Shown: one piece after another, positions 30,599 to 41,107 of the stretch
Position numbering within the stretch: the first letter of the stretch is position 1
How the letters are laid out: every line of letters starts with the position of its first letter
Source of the DNA: an uncultured bacterium
Lineage (GTDB): Bacteria > SAR324 > NAC60-12
DNA: 49,856 nucleotides
NCBI GenBank assembly: GCA_964010765.1
Contig: CAXGMD010000015.1
Coordinates: forward strand, 1 to 49,856
Direction of reading: 5' to 3'
The notes under the pieces: model-generated
What the model was told of the DNA's origin: nothing
The model's database searches: none
What the model saw: only the letters and a program-made list of their open reading frames with translations
Position numbers and translations under genes: made by a program

Positions 30599-31882
30599 AT
30601 GCAAATCAACCAATCATCCTCGCTTTTCGCCAGGGCTCAACTGCGCATTCCAGGTGGAGTGAACAGCCCTGTCCGAGCATTCAAATCTGTTCGCAGTACA
30701 CCTCTTTTCATCCGTGAGGGGAAAGGAAGCCACATTACCGATGTCGATGGCAATGACTACATCGACTATATTGGCTCTTGGGGGCCTCTTATTCTTGGAC
30801 ATTGTCACCCTGAAGTAATGGCCGCGATCGAAGAGGCGCTTCATCGAGGAGCTTCTTTTGGAACACCTACCGAAGGAGAAGTGCATCTAGCAGAAATGAT
30901 CTGTACTGCAGTGAACAGTGTCGAAATGGTCCGACTGACCAACTCTGGCACGGAAGCTTCCATGGCTGCGATCCGAGTTGCCAGAGGATATACGGGCCGA
31001 GATAAAATCATCAAATTTGAAGGATGCTACCACGGCAGTGTGGACTCTTTATTGGTCAAAGCGGGATCAGGTGTGATGACTCTTGGCCTTCCAGACTCCC
31101 CAGGAGTACCTGCGTCTTTCGTTGAACACACTCTCCTTGCCGATTTTAATAATCTCGAGTCGGTCACCGATCTCTTTGACGAATATGGTTCCGAGATCGC
31201 AGCCGTGGTTCTCGAACCTGTCGCAGGAAACATGGGAATGGTAGTGCCAGACCTAGATTTTCTGAAAGGATTGCGGAATCTCTGTGATGTTCATGGATCC
31301 TTGTTGGTGTTTGATGAGGTGATGACTGGCTTCCGAGTTGATTATGGAGGGGCTCAGGAGATCTTTGGGATCATCCCTGACATGACTATTTTCGGAAAAG
31401 TGATTGGAGGAGGTCTACCAGTTGGAGCTTATGGAGGCAGACAAGATGTGATGTTGATGGTCGCACCTGCTGGTCCAGTATATCAAGCTGGCACTTTATC
31501 TGGGAACCCACTGGCGGTAGCAGCGGGTCGCAAAACATTGGAAATTTTACAGGCTCCCGACACCTATGCGGAATTGAGTCGAAAATCCAACTGGCTGATC
31601 GATGAAATGAGGCAGAGCGCTGGACAAAATGGAATTCCATTTCAGACCAATGTCATGGGCGGGATGTTCGGCTTTTTCTTTGCTGAGAAACCGGTTCGCA
31701 ATTATCAGGATGCGGCTGAATCAGACCAGGATCGCTTCCGTAAATTCTTCATGGGTATGCTAAAGGAAGGGATTTACTTGGCGCCTTCTGCCTTTGAAAG
31801 TGGCTTTATCTCGATGGCTCATACGGAAGAAGACTTAGAAAAAACAGCAGCAGCTTGCCGCAAAGTGATGGCTACACTGTGA
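30599..31882 (+). CDS. hemL: Glutamate-1-semialdehyde 2,1-aminomutase
   Basis: PGGVNSPVRAF, SWGPLILGH, NSGTEA, FDEVMTGFR, GKVIGGGLPVG, YQAGTLSGNP. Confidence 0.97.
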   Translation: MQINQSSSLFARAQLRIPGGVNSPVRAFKSVRSTPLFIREGKGSHITDVDGNDYIDYIGSWGPLILGHCHPEVMAAIEEALHRGASFGTPTEGEVHLAEMICTAVNSVEMVRLTNSGTEASMAAIRVARGYTGRDKIIKFEGCYHGSVDSLLVKAGSGVMTLGLPDSPGVPASFVEHTLLADFNNLESVTDLFDEYGSEIAAVVLEPVAGNMGMVVPDLDFLKGLRNLCDVHGSLLVFDEVMTGFRVDYGGAQEIFGIIPDMTIFGKVIGGGLPVGAYGGRQDVMLMVAPAGPVYQAGTLSGNPLAVAAGRKTLEILQAPDTYAELSRKSNWLIDEMRQSAGQNGIPFQTNVMGGMFGFFFAEKPVRNYQDAAESDQDRFRKFFMGMLKEGIYLAPSAFESGFISMAHTEEDLEKTAAACRKVMATL

Positions 31883-32946
31883 GCTTGCTCACGATTGATG
31901 AATACCTTCGGCAGCCCGTAGCCGAGAGACTACCCTACTATCAGCGAGAAGGTCGACTATATCATGTGATGATGTCACAACAGTTCCCTCGTCCGCTGAT
32001 GGAGGAAATCTTCGGTGTCGCCAACACACTCAAGGCTATGTCACATGACTACGAAGGTCTTGAGTTCCTCTCTCGTCTGCTACGCCACAAGCGGGCGATG
32101 CTTTACTTCACCCAACCTTCGACTCGTACTTTTCTCTCCTTTTTGACTGCTTGCCAACTTGTCGGCATCACAACCGGGGAAGTGCAAGATCCTGCACTAT
32201 CTTCTGAATACAAGGGAGAGAGTCAGGAAGACGCGATCCGGGTCTTTAGCAGCTACTTCGATCTTGTCATCATGCGTGACCCGAAACCTGGTTTTTGCGA
32301 ATACATCGCGTATCGCCAAGATCGGACCGGCTTCAGTGTCCCAATCCTCAACGGTGGCAGTGGCAAGGACCAGCATCCCACCCAGGCGCTACTGGACCTC
32401 TACACGATGCACCGCTCCTTCCAGCGAATGGGTGGAATCTCTGGGAAGAGGTACGCTTTCGTGGGAGATCTTCAACGTGGTCGAGCTGTGCGCTCAGTCA
32501 TGTATTTGCTCGCTAATTACGAAGATCTCGATTTCTATGCCGTCGCGCCCAAGGGCTTTCAAATTTCTCCAGACCTTCAACTACACCTGGAGGAACGTGG
32601 GGTTCGGCTACACTTCACAGACCAATTGAACGAGGTGTTGCCTGAGGTAGATTGCATTTATATGACACGCGTACAGGATGAGTACGACCTCTCTGGAGAG
32701 TCAGGCAAGATCGACTTGGCCAACTTTAGCCTCACTGAAGAAAATGTGAATCTACTACCCGAACACGCCATCATTCTTCACCCTCTGCCTCGGCGTCAGG
32801 AGATATCCAGTGGGATCGATGCCAATCCACGAGCAATGTACTGGTCTCAGCTGCGTAACGGAGTCTATATTCGGGCTGCACTGCTGCTCTACATTTTTGG
32901 AAAAAACGAACAACTGCCGATTATCCAGGAAAAATCCAGCTCATGA
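31879..32946 (+). CDS. pyrB: Aspartate carbamoyltransferase catalytic subunit
   Basis: PSTRT, KGES, HPTQALLD, GDL, TRVQ, HPLPR. GTG start overlaps the hemL stop. Confidence 0.93.
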   Translation: MSLLTIDEYLRQPVAERLPYYQREGRLYHVMMSQQFPRPLMEEIFGVANTLKAMSHDYEGLEFLSRLLRHKRAMLYFTQPSTRTFLSFLTACQLVGITTGEVQDPALSSEYKGESQEDAIRVFSSYFDLVIMRDPKPGFCEYIAYRQDRTGFSVPILNGGSGKDQHPTQALLDLYTMHRSFQRMGGISGKRYAFVGDLQRGRAVRSVMYLLANYEDLDFYAVAPKGFQISPDLQLHLEERGVRLHFTDQLNEVLPEVDCIYMTRVQDEYDLSGESGKIDLANFSLTEENVNLLPEHAIILHPLPRRQEISSGIDANPRAMYWSQLRNGVYIRAALLLYIFGKNEQLPIIQEKSSS

Positions 32947-34259
32947 CTAACAGCCTTTGTATTAGAAATGCCACTGTCGTTTTACCCGATCAGCTGCAAC
33001 AAACTGATGTCTTGGTAGAAGATGGGATCATCAGCGCCATTGGTCGTGGATTGCCTGACGGTAAAGAAACTCTAGATGCTTCTGGTTTGATTCTCTTCCC
33101 GGGCTTGATCGATCCTCAGGTGCATTTTCGAGAGCCAGGAAATACTCACAAAGAAGATTTACATACTGGATCTAAAGCTGCTGCTGCCGGAGGAGTCACC
33201 AGTTTCTTGGATATGCCCAACAATAATCCAGCGGTGATCAATGCAGAACGAATGGCTGCCAAAAAACAACGTGCTGCCGAACAGTGTGTGGTCAACTATG
33301 GATTCTTTGTTGGTGCCACGCCTGAAAACCTAGCTGAGATCAACACCGTTCCAAATGTTTGTGGAATCAAGGTCTTCATGGGTTCTTCTACTGGAGACCT
33401 GCTCGTTCATCGTGAAGAAGACCTAGAGCGAATTTTTGCCAATGGTAGCCGCCTGATTGCTGTACACGCCGAGAGTGAACGTCAAATTCGAGACAACACG
33501 GCCCTGCTCCAAGGATGTAAGGATGTCAAGGCACATCCCAAAATTCGAGATGAGGCCACGGCGCTGGAGGCAACTGAATTAGCAGTTCGTCTATCTATCC
33601 AATACAAAAGACGGCTTCATATTCTACATCTCACCACTGAAGAAGAGACCCTACTGTTACGCCGCTTACCAAGGGATCACAAGATCTCCACGGAAGTCTG
33701 CCCACAACACTTCACGCTGACAGCTCCAGACTGCTACGAAAAACTAGGAACTCTAGCCCAAATGAATCCTCCCTTGCGCAGTCCACGTCATGGCAAGGCA
33801 CTCTGGCAGGCACTCAAAGATGATATCATCAACTGCATTGCCACTGATCACGCCCCACACACTCTTGAGGAGAAGGATGCTCCTTATGGTAAGGCTCCAT
33901 CGGGGATGCCCGGAGTAGAGACTTCCCTGCCATTACTCCTGACAAGGCATAGTCAAGGAGACTGCAGCTTGGTAGAAATCGCAAAGTGGATGAGTGAAGC
34001 GCCTGCTCGACTTTATAAGATGAAAAACAAAGGCAGGATTCAGGTGGGATACGATGCCGATCTGACCTTGGTCGATGCACAATTGAAGCGAACCGTGGAA
34101 AACGGGAAACTGTTCACGAAGGTAAACTGGTCTCCCTACGCAGGCACGGAATTAACAGGATGGCCGGTTCGCACCATCGTTCATGGTCAGACCGTTTTTG
34201 TGGATGGCCAAATCCAGCATGGGATTCGGGGTAAAGAAATTCAGTTCATGGAAGATTGA
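32943..34259 (+). CDS. pyrC: Dihydroorotase
   Basis: IDPQVHFREPG, DMPN, KVFMGSSTG, MNPPLR, TDHAPH. Confidence 0.93.
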   Translation: MTNSLCIRNATVVLPDQLQQTDVLVEDGIISAIGRGLPDGKETLDASGLILFPGLIDPQVHFREPGNTHKEDLHTGSKAAAAGGVTSFLDMPNNNPAVINAERMAAKKQRAAEQCVVNYGFFVGATPENLAEINTVPNVCGIKVFMGSSTGDLLVHREEDLERIFANGSRLIAVHAESERQIRDNTALLQGCKDVKAHPKIRDEATALEATELAVRLSIQYKRRLHILHLTTEEETLLLRRLPRDHKISTEVCPQHFTLTAPDCYEKLGTLAQMNPPLRSPRHGKALWQALKDDIINCIATDHAPHTLEEKDAPYGKAPSGMPGVETSLPLLLTRHSQGDCSLVEIAKWMSEAPARLYKMKNKGRIQVGYDADLTLVDAQLKRTVENGKLFTKVNWSPYAGTELTGWPVRTIVHGQTVFVDGQIQHGIRGKEIQFMED

Positions 34260-34294
34260 CTCTTCCTATACAGAGAACTTCCTTAACAACTTCA

Positions 34295-36220
34295 TCACTC
34301 AGCTCCTAATCGAGATTTGCGTAGAGCCTCGGTGAAGGGACGTCCGTCATTTTCCTCAAGAATCGCAGTCTGCAATCGATTCTCATACACTTTCAAGAGC
34401 GTGTAGGTGTACTCTTCGACTCGCTTCATTCGACGAGGGAGTTCATCTTCTTCATAGTGACGACCAGAAGGAATCGGAGCCAACAATCGGTGAAAAATAA
34501 ATCGTAGAGACGCTTGGGGGTAGTGGATCATGTAAAGTAGGTAGGGGACCACTTGCTTGTCTTGTTCACGTTCCTCATAGATTCGTAAAAACAATAAAAC
34601 TAAGTGGTAGTAGTTGATCCCTCGGTGGACTTGGCGCTCTACAAAATGTCTGATCGAATCCATGTAGCGTTCCTTATTGAAACGCTGTTGACCTGTATGT
34701 GCTTCGTAATAGCGTGTAATCAGAATTGATGAGATGAAATAGCTCCACGCCTTGCGAAACTCTCCCAGTGGAAAGCGTTGACGCTGATCATTGCGTGAAA
34801 ATTCTTCAGCACAATTGATCAAAACTCCTGTCGTTGAGCGTGTTTGTTGAATCGACGGCAACCGAAATTGAAAATTTCTAAGTAGCTGCTGAAGACGCTG
34901 GACATGTTCATCTTCAAGGGGATTTTTTCCTGAATGCTGTTGGTTCAAGCTGATCCAACGATGCAGTCCTCGAAGCGCCTCCCAGAGCTTTAAGTAAATA
35001 GAGTTTTCATACTGTCCCTGCAGTTCCTTAACAAGGCCTGACCATTCTTTGACCGGTAAGCTTCTGGGCAATTGTTTAAGCAATTGAATCGGAAGTTGCT
35101 GGCGCTCTCGTTGTAATGCTAGTGAAATCGGCTGATTTGGTAACAGAAAAACCAGCGCTTTGCGTTCTTGTTGAAGCTGTCTCATCCGACTTGCCAACTG
35201 TTTCAGCATTTCTTCAGGCTCCCAATCCTCCTGACCCTCTTCCAGATTGGCTGCCAACTCTGAAATAAAACCAACCAACCCATCAATTTCTTCCAGCTTA
35301 TTGGAAGCTGCCCTGAGGTAATGTGCAGGATCTTCACGTTCAAACCTTGAATATGCTCGATGCTCATGTGGAAGTAGAAAATGAATTTGTCGATCCAACT
35401 TCTTGACCTCCAGCAAACTCTTTTGCAAAACATCCGTTGGATTACGGCGAAAGGTCTCCAGAAAGTCTTCAAAGGCTTGTTCAATCACTTGGTTGATTTG
35501 TTTTGATAGGGCCTGAGCTTCCCAAAGCTGTCTCCAGTGGGTCGTCAGTTGAGCCCGGATCTTCTCTCCATCTTTCTTGAGCGAGTATCGGCCCTGCTGT
35601 GCAAAACTTTGACACTGCTGGTCCCAGCCTGCGCTAGAAACTTCCTGAGTACGGAGGATGTCCAGCTTTTCAAGCATCCCCGCGCTCACACCCGACTGCT
35701 CGCTATCAGCACCCTGCTGGTAGAATTCCATTGGCAGTACGCTCTCATTCAGATAAATTTCTCCAATCAGCTTTGAAAACAGGGTGCGAGTGATGTTGAT
35801 GATCTGTTCACTAGTCTTGATCTCTTCTGGCAGAATAATAGTGATCGTGTAAACTCTTGAAATTTCATTGAAATCAAGTCTGGAAGCTGGCAAGGGCACC
35901 TTCCCTTGCAACTGTAAACCAGACTCAGACTCAAATTCATGAACAGGTAGAAAGCGGATTTGATGATTCGGATCGCGAAGCCTCAGGTCTAGGCTCGCAG
36001 AAAATTCGAGGATGGAAGGAATGAGGTGTTTGAGCAGTGTGACTGCCTTCTCCGGAAGTTTTGCTGAGAAGTGCAGGTTTTTGAGAACAAACTCCTTATC
36101 AAAAGTTTGCTCCGTTTTCTGAAGATCGTAGTCGCGGAGTTGCTGTTCAAGGACATCAAGGTTCCCAGGACGACGAAACCGCTCTGCAAAAAACTCTTCG
36201 CTGAAGCCTGAAACAGCCAT
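34295..36220 (-). CDS. Large hypothetical, mostly helical protein (641 aa)
   Basis: Long uninterrupted ORF filling the gap between pyrC and proB; no motif recognised. Confidence 0.75.
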   Translation of the reverse strand: MAVSGFSEEFFAERFRRPGNLDVLEQQLRDYDLQKTEQTFDKEFVLKNLHFSAKLPEKAVTLLKHLIPSILEFSASLDLRLRDPNHQIRFLPVHEFESESGLQLQGKVPLPASRLDFNEISRVYTITIILPEEIKTSEQIINITRTLFSKLIGEIYLNESVLPMEFYQQGADSEQSGVSAGMLEKLDILRTQEVSSAGWDQQCQSFAQQGRYSLKKDGEKIRAQLTTHWRQLWEAQALSKQINQVIEQAFEDFLETFRRNPTDVLQKSLLEVKKLDRQIHFLLPHEHRAYSRFEREDPAHYLRAASNKLEEIDGLVGFISELAANLEEGQEDWEPEEMLKQLASRMRQLQQERKALVFLLPNQPISLALQRERQQLPIQLLKQLPRSLPVKEWSGLVKELQGQYENSIYLKLWEALRGLHRWISLNQQHSGKNPLEDEHVQRLQQLLRNFQFRLPSIQQTRSTTGVLINCAEEFSRNDQRQRFPLGEFRKAWSYFISSILITRYYEAHTGQQRFNKERYMDSIRHFVERQVHRGINYYHLVLLFLRIYEEREQDKQVVPYLLYMIHYPQASLRFIFHRLLAPIPSGRHYEEDELPRRMKRVEEYTYTLLKVYENRLQTAILEENDGRPFTEALRKSRLGAE

Positions 36221-36247
36221 GCATGAAGCTCAGTGGAGCAGGAATAA

Positions 36248-36487
36248 TCAGCGCTTGCGAACGGTGGCAATGTCACTATTCCAGTGGCGCAATTCTCGAG
36301 GACCTTCCAGAGCCGTCTTCAATTGAATCAATTCCATGAAGGGCTTGCTCTCGATATCAATATCTGGGTAACGCCGGCTGAGGTAACTCCACAAATTCAG
36401 AAAGTTTTCGTCTTTCTTTTTCTCATTTTCCCGGTTTCGATCTTCCGGAAGGAGATCCTCCCGATGGTACTGCGCATGCTTGCTCAT
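36248..36487 (-). CDS. Small hypothetical protein (79 aa)
   Basis: MSKHAQYHREDLL...; AAGGA upstream; stop lies 27 nt before the 641-aa ORF on the same strand. Confidence 0.6.
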   Translation of the reverse strand: MSKHAQYHREDLLPEDRNRENEKKKDENFLNLWSYLSRRYPDIDIESKPFMELIQLKTALEGPRELRHWNSDIATVRKR

Positions 36488-36690
36488 AACAGATTTCCTT
36501 GTCAACCGTGATCGCACCCGGAGATGCCTAATTATCCAGCTGTATTCGTTATTGTTAAGGTGGTAATCTGCAATCTGCTTGCCTCACCCCCAAGTACTTC
36601 TTCTTTTCATTACATACAACTGTTTTTGTTGAATTTTATAAATCGTTTCTAACCCGTACCTTCTTCTCATCTCTCAATATCTTTTCTTCG

Positions 36691-37833
36691 ATGTCGACGT
36701 CCTCCCAACAAACCATTGTCCTCAAAGTGGGGACTTATGTTCTTCAGCAACCCAATGGCAAATTGGATTATAACCTGATCCAAGAACTCGCAAAAACGAT
36801 TGCTGAATTACGCCAGAGAGGCCATGAAGTCTTACTCGTCAGCTCAGGCGCAATTGGAGCCGGTCGGGAACGCTGCACGGTCCTCCCGAACCCTCCGCAA
36901 GCAGCAACACCAGGTAAGGGTCGTAAAGAATTGGGCATTCAACAAATGTTGGCGGCCGTTGGTCAAGTTCGACTGATGCAAATCTACTCAGAATTTTTTC
37001 AGGAACACCAAATCCTCGTAGCTCAGGTGCTCGTCACTCGGGCTGACTTTGCCAAACGCCAATCGTATCTGAATATCCGCAATACCGTCCAACAGCTGCT
37101 GCACTTTGGAATCTTACCGATCATCAATGAAAACGATGTGGTCTCCACAGAGGAGTTACCGTTCTTTGGTGACAACGACCAACTCGCTGTTTCTTTTGCT
37201 GCATTGGCAGGCGCTAGTCATCTATTTTTTCTGACTAGTGCACCAGGGCTACTGGTTCGTGAGCAACAAACTGATGGTTCTTTCAACGATGTGGTGCTTC
37301 CCGAAGTCAAACAAGTGAATCAGGAGTTGCTTCAGCATTGCCAGCGCCCAGGAACCAACGTGGGTCGTGGAGGGATGGAGAGCAAAGTACGCGCGGCAGG
37401 GAAATCGATCTCCTTTGGGATTAATGCCTATATCACTGCCGGGAAAGAGCCCAATACTGTTCTCAAAATCTTGGATGGTGCGCAGGTGGGCACTCATTTC
37501 GTAGCTCATGGATCAAAGCTCAGAGGCTACCGCCAGTGGCTCGCGGCAGGAGCGCTGAGTCAAGGTGAACTACATGTGGATTCGGGTGCTGAACAAGCTT
37601 TACGAGTGCATAAAAAGAGTCTCTTGCTCTCCGGCGTTTGTGAGGTCCAAGGTAATTTTAGTGCCAAGGACCCAGTCAATATCTTCAACCTCCAGCACGA
37701 ACTCATTGGGGTTGGACTCGCAGCTCAATCCGCTCAAGCTTTGCGGGTCTTGCTCCAGCACAGTGAAGCCAACGGACATACAAGAGCAGTAATTCACCGT
37801 GATGACTTATTTCTGGCAGACGGACATCTCTAG
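36691..37833 (+). CDS. proB: Glutamate 5-kinase with PUA domain
   Basis: VLKVGT, VSSGAIGAG, AAVGQ, PIINENDVV, FGDNDQL, GGMESKV, IHRDDL. Confidence 0.96.
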   Translation: MSTSSQQTIVLKVGTYVLQQPNGKLDYNLIQELAKTIAELRQRGHEVLLVSSGAIGAGRERCTVLPNPPQAATPGKGRKELGIQQMLAAVGQVRLMQIYSEFFQEHQILVAQVLVTRADFAKRQSYLNIRNTVQQLLHFGILPIINENDVVSTEELPFFGDNDQLAVSFAALAGASHLFFLTSAPGLLVREQQTDGSFNDVVLPEVKQVNQELLQHCQRPGTNVGRGGMESKVRAAGKSISFGINAYITAGKEPNTVLKILDGAQVGTHFVAHGSKLRGYRQWLAAGALSQGELHVDSGAEQALRVHKKSLLLSGVCEVQGNFSAKDPVNIFNLQHELIGVGLAAQSAQALRVLLQHSEANGHTRAVIHRDDLFLADGHL

Positions 37834-39080
37834 TGGCTCTTTTCCAATGCCAAGTTGAAAAACTTGTCTTCGGTGGAGCAGGGCTGGGGCACTTAAAGGG
37901 ACAGGTTGTTTTCATTCCAGGCGCCTTACCTGGAGAGGTCGTAGAGATCCAATTACAGAAACAGCGAGGAGATTTTTCAGAAGCACGGCTCGTCCGGATC
38001 CTGGAAGAAGCTCCAGAGCGAATCGCACCACAGGAAGATCACTTTCACTGCTGTAGTCCCTGGCAAATTCTTGCTCCAGAATTAGAAGCTTACTGGAAAC
38101 GTCAGATTGTCCTAGATACCCTCCAACGTCAAACTGTGCTCTGCCACAACGATTTACAGGTGATTGAGGAAGGGCCTAGGTTGGGTTACCGCAATCGGTT
38201 GGAATTCCATTTTACCGAAGTGAAGAACCGGCTGCACTTGGCACTTCATGAGCCTGCGAGTCAAAATCCAATTCCTGTAGAAACTTGTCAACTCGGGCTA
38301 CCCACCTTGCAACGGGCATCTCAGGAATTGATCCTCCTGCTTGACGACGCTCAACTCCGACCAAAGGAGATGGGCCGCTTGGTTTTGCGAGGGAATCGAG
38401 CAGGGCAGGTTGTTGCTTTACTCCAGCTGAATGCAGCTGCAAAACAACGTTTAACTTCTCATCAGCGCCACTGGCCAAAACTGGATTTTCAGTTCATTGC
38501 TTATTCTGAGAATTTCCCAAAAGAGGCTGTCTCTCAAAGTGAATTGTTCGAATCTGCTGAGAATGCCAGAATCTGTTTTGGCGGGCTAGGTTTCTTTCAA
38601 ATCAATCCATTCTGCCTGGAATCGCTTGTGCCCGTAGTCGGTGAATGGATCAAGGGAGAAGAGGTCTTAGATCTATATGGTGGGGTGGGAACTCTCAGTT
38701 TGCCCCATGCTGAACAGACACAAAGCTGTATGATTGTTGAAGAAAACCCTGACGCAATCCATTTCGCTCAGAGAAACACCAAAGAAATTCCTCACTTCCA
38801 GGTCACTCCCTCAAAAGTACAACAAGCCTTGAAACAAATTGGTGGGCAGCAAACTGTTCTACTCAATCCACCACGGGCGGGCATTGCCAATCAGGTTCGT
38901 CAGCAACTCCTCAAGGTGAAGCCCAAGAGATTGATCTATCTCTCCTGCAATGTAAGCACTTGTGCGCGAGATCTCAAAGACCTTCAGGCCTGCTATCAGC
39001 TAAAGTGGCAGCAGGCATTCAATTTTTTTCCAGCCACACCACACATCGAATTATTGACAATTCTAGAAAGGAAGAAATGA
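37833..39080 (+). CDS. TrmA/RlmD-family RNA (uracil-5)-methyltransferase with TRAM domain
   Basis: TRAM (VFIPGALPGE), YRNRLEF, FFQIN, LDLYGGVG, NPPRAG, YLSCN, FPATPHIE. Confidence 0.88.
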   Translation: MALFQCQVEKLVFGGAGLGHLKGQVVFIPGALPGEVVEIQLQKQRGDFSEARLVRILEEAPERIAPQEDHFHCCSPWQILAPELEAYWKRQIVLDTLQRQTVLCHNDLQVIEEGPRLGYRNRLEFHFTEVKNRLHLALHEPASQNPIPVETCQLGLPTLQRASQELILLLDDAQLRPKEMGRLVLRGNRAGQVVALLQLNAAAKQRLTSHQRHWPKLDFQFIAYSENFPKEAVSQSELFESAENARICFGGLGFFQINPFCLESLVPVVGEWIKGEEVLDLYGGVGTLSLPHAEQTQSCMIVEENPDAIHFAQRNTKEIPHFQVTPSKVQQALKQIGGQQTVLLNPPRAGIANQVRQQLLKVKPKRLIYLSCNVSTCARDLKDLQACYQLKWQQAFNFFPATPHIELLTILERKK

Positions 39081-39091
39081 GAAAGAAGAGG

Positions 39092-39210
39092 ATGGAACTG
39101 GGTCAGTAGCATCTTAGACTATAGTGAGCCGTATCGATTGGTTCCGAGTGGACCTCAAGCAGTACTTGTGAGGGGGGACTCACCCGAAATTTCTACGAAC
39201 CCAATCCCAT
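39092..39210. ncRNA. Candidate structured RNA (rod with central bubble, 6S-like architecture)
   Basis: 39092-39109 pairs with 39193-39210 (17 of 18 pairs on the minus strand, counting G-U). Inner stem 39124-39130 with 39176-39183; further hairpin 39153-39173. Confidence 0.45.
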
Positions 39211-39223
39211 TTGATGAACGGTA

Positions 39224-41056
39224 TCAGACCACTTGTGAGTATTTGACTTCTCGACTTTGGTGATACTCCTGATAAGCAAGTGCGCTATCTTTCCCCATGA
39301 AACGCTTAGCCAAGGCTAGCGGAATAGAAGGCACGTGGACAACAATCAGTCCATCCAATGCATTTGAAAAGTCTCGATCCACGTTGAAGGAGAGGAACTG
39401 AGCTCCTAAGCGCAGGTAATGACGTACCAGCACAGGAACACCCTTGTTATCCTGCTCAATCTCCGAAATTAGATTGCTAATTTCTTCTAGATCATTGGGG
39501 GTGTTGCTCAAACTGTTTTTTGTTGGGATAGACTGTGGATGTCGGTATGGAGTTCTTGGGCGAACTTCCTGAGACAGGCGGTGATCGAAATGGTTTGCTT
39601 TGAGGAAACGAAGTAAAAGATTCTTTGACGTCCTGGAGTAGCTGTGACTGATGCTAACGGGCCCAAAGAGATTCTGGTACTGAGGGTGCTGGACGATGAA
39701 TTCCCCGATCCCTCGCCAAAGCAAAGATAGAGGTGCTGCCTGTCTTTGAAAGTTAGGATGGATGAAAGAGCGCCCCATTTCGATTGCGGGATTCAGTTCT
39801 CCGACAAATCTTGAGCTCAGTTCAAACAGTGAATGAGTGTAAAGTCCATTCACTCCAGCAGTTCTAGTGATTCTATCGGCCAAACCGAGCCGATATCCAC
39901 CTGCCAACCTGCCCTCTGTCTTACTCCAGAGAAACAGGTGCAGATAGCTTGCGTCATAGGCATCTAAATCCAAAGACTTCCCCGATCCTTCTCCGACGGC
40001 ACGGAAGGTAATTTCTCGCAACCTGCCAATCTCATGCATCAACTCATCGACCTGAGTGTGATTTGCATAGCCTACAAGAAAATCCTCCGTTTCCACCAAC
40101 AACTGTTCCTGTGGCAGGCCTTCTACCTCCAAGCTCAACTGATTTCGGGCAGATGCCTGGGCAATTGGCCTTCGAACTGATCGAGACTGACGAAGCAATT
40201 TGGGTAATGGAATCCATTGTTTGTGTCGTCGATTCGCAAGGAAGTAAGTCTTGAATCGAAGGTAATCAATCAGTTTTTCGTTGGACTCAAATTCCTGCAA
40301 CCGCTTGTGAGGAACACCTTTCCCAACGAAAATCTCAACAGAGGACCCTTGCTTGTTGAAAAGTTCTCGGATCAATAACCCGGTCCGCAATCTTGGATGA
40401 ATCAGACCAAGCAACTGGAAGAGGATGCTGTTCTGACCTCGAAAAAACATCGGCAGGACCGTCGCTCTTGTCATTCGCAAAATTGCTGAAACATGAGGTG
40501 TCCACGCTGAATCCATGATGCGCAGTGACTTCAAGTGGAGATAAGAGACCTCACCAGCGGGGAAAATGACTAGCGCTCCCCCTACACGCACAAAGCGCAC
40601 TGCTTCCCGTAGTGTTTTGCTGTTGGCTGGACTGGAAGACAGATTTCCGAAGGGATCGACTGGGAAAATCCAGGGCTGGATTTCGGGGATCTTGTTGAGC
40701 AGATAATTGCCCATCATCCGGAAGTCTGGGCGAACTTGCTTCAGTAACGTGCCGAGGACGACAGCTTCAAGCCCACCAAAGGGATGATTGGCCACAATGA
40801 CGAGAGGGCCCTTGGCAGGGATGCGTTGCAGATCCTCCTCTGAAATTCGAGGCTCAACCTTCAGTGCGCTGAGTGAGGTCTCCCAGAAATTAGCTGATGT
40901 CAGGTCGACTGGAAGTTGCTCATATTCTCGATTCAAGCGGCTTATTCCAGTCAGAATTTCTAGCTCGGGAGCCAATCTGTTGAATGGCTTAGGAAGGATC
41001 TCACTTAGGCTGATCAAAGGGTCTTCAATGTTGGTTTGCGTTAGCTTACGAACCAT
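39224..41056 (-). CDS. olsF: PlsC-type O-acyltransferase plus GNAT N-acyltransferase fusion (OlsF-like ornithine/amino-lipid synthase)
   Basis: N-terminal NHPFGGLE, FPAGEVS; C-terminal EIGRLREITFRAVGEG, DLDAYD, GGYRLG, EMGRSF. Confidence 0.8.
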   Translation of the reverse strand: MVRKLTQTNIEDPLISLSEILPKPFNRLAPELEILTGISRLNREYEQLPVDLTSANFWETSLSALKVEPRISEEDLQRIPAKGPLVIVANHPFGGLEAVVLGTLLKQVRPDFRMMGNYLLNKIPEIQPWIFPVDPFGNLSSSPANSKTLREAVRFVRVGGALVIFPAGEVSYLHLKSLRIMDSAWTPHVSAILRMTRATVLPMFFRGQNSILFQLLGLIHPRLRTGLLIRELFNKQGSSVEIFVGKGVPHKRLQEFESNEKLIDYLRFKTYFLANRRHKQWIPLPKLLRQSRSVRRPIAQASARNQLSLEVEGLPQEQLLVETEDFLVGYANHTQVDELMHEIGRLREITFRAVGEGSGKSLDLDAYDASYLHLFLWSKTEGRLAGGYRLGLADRITRTAGVNGLYTHSLFELSSRFVGELNPAIEMGRSFIHPNFQRQAAPLSLLWRGIGEFIVQHPQYQNLFGPVSISHSYSRTSKNLLLRFLKANHFDHRLSQEVRPRTPYRHPQSIPTKNSLSNTPNDLEEISNLISEIEQDNKGVPVLVRHYLRLGAQFLSFNVDRDFSNALDGLIVVHVPSIPLALAKRFMGKDSALAYQEYHQSREVKYSQVV

Positions 41057-41107
41057 CCTTATTCCTCATCAAAAGCAAAAAATATTTATAAAAATTTTGC
41101 CTGATGA

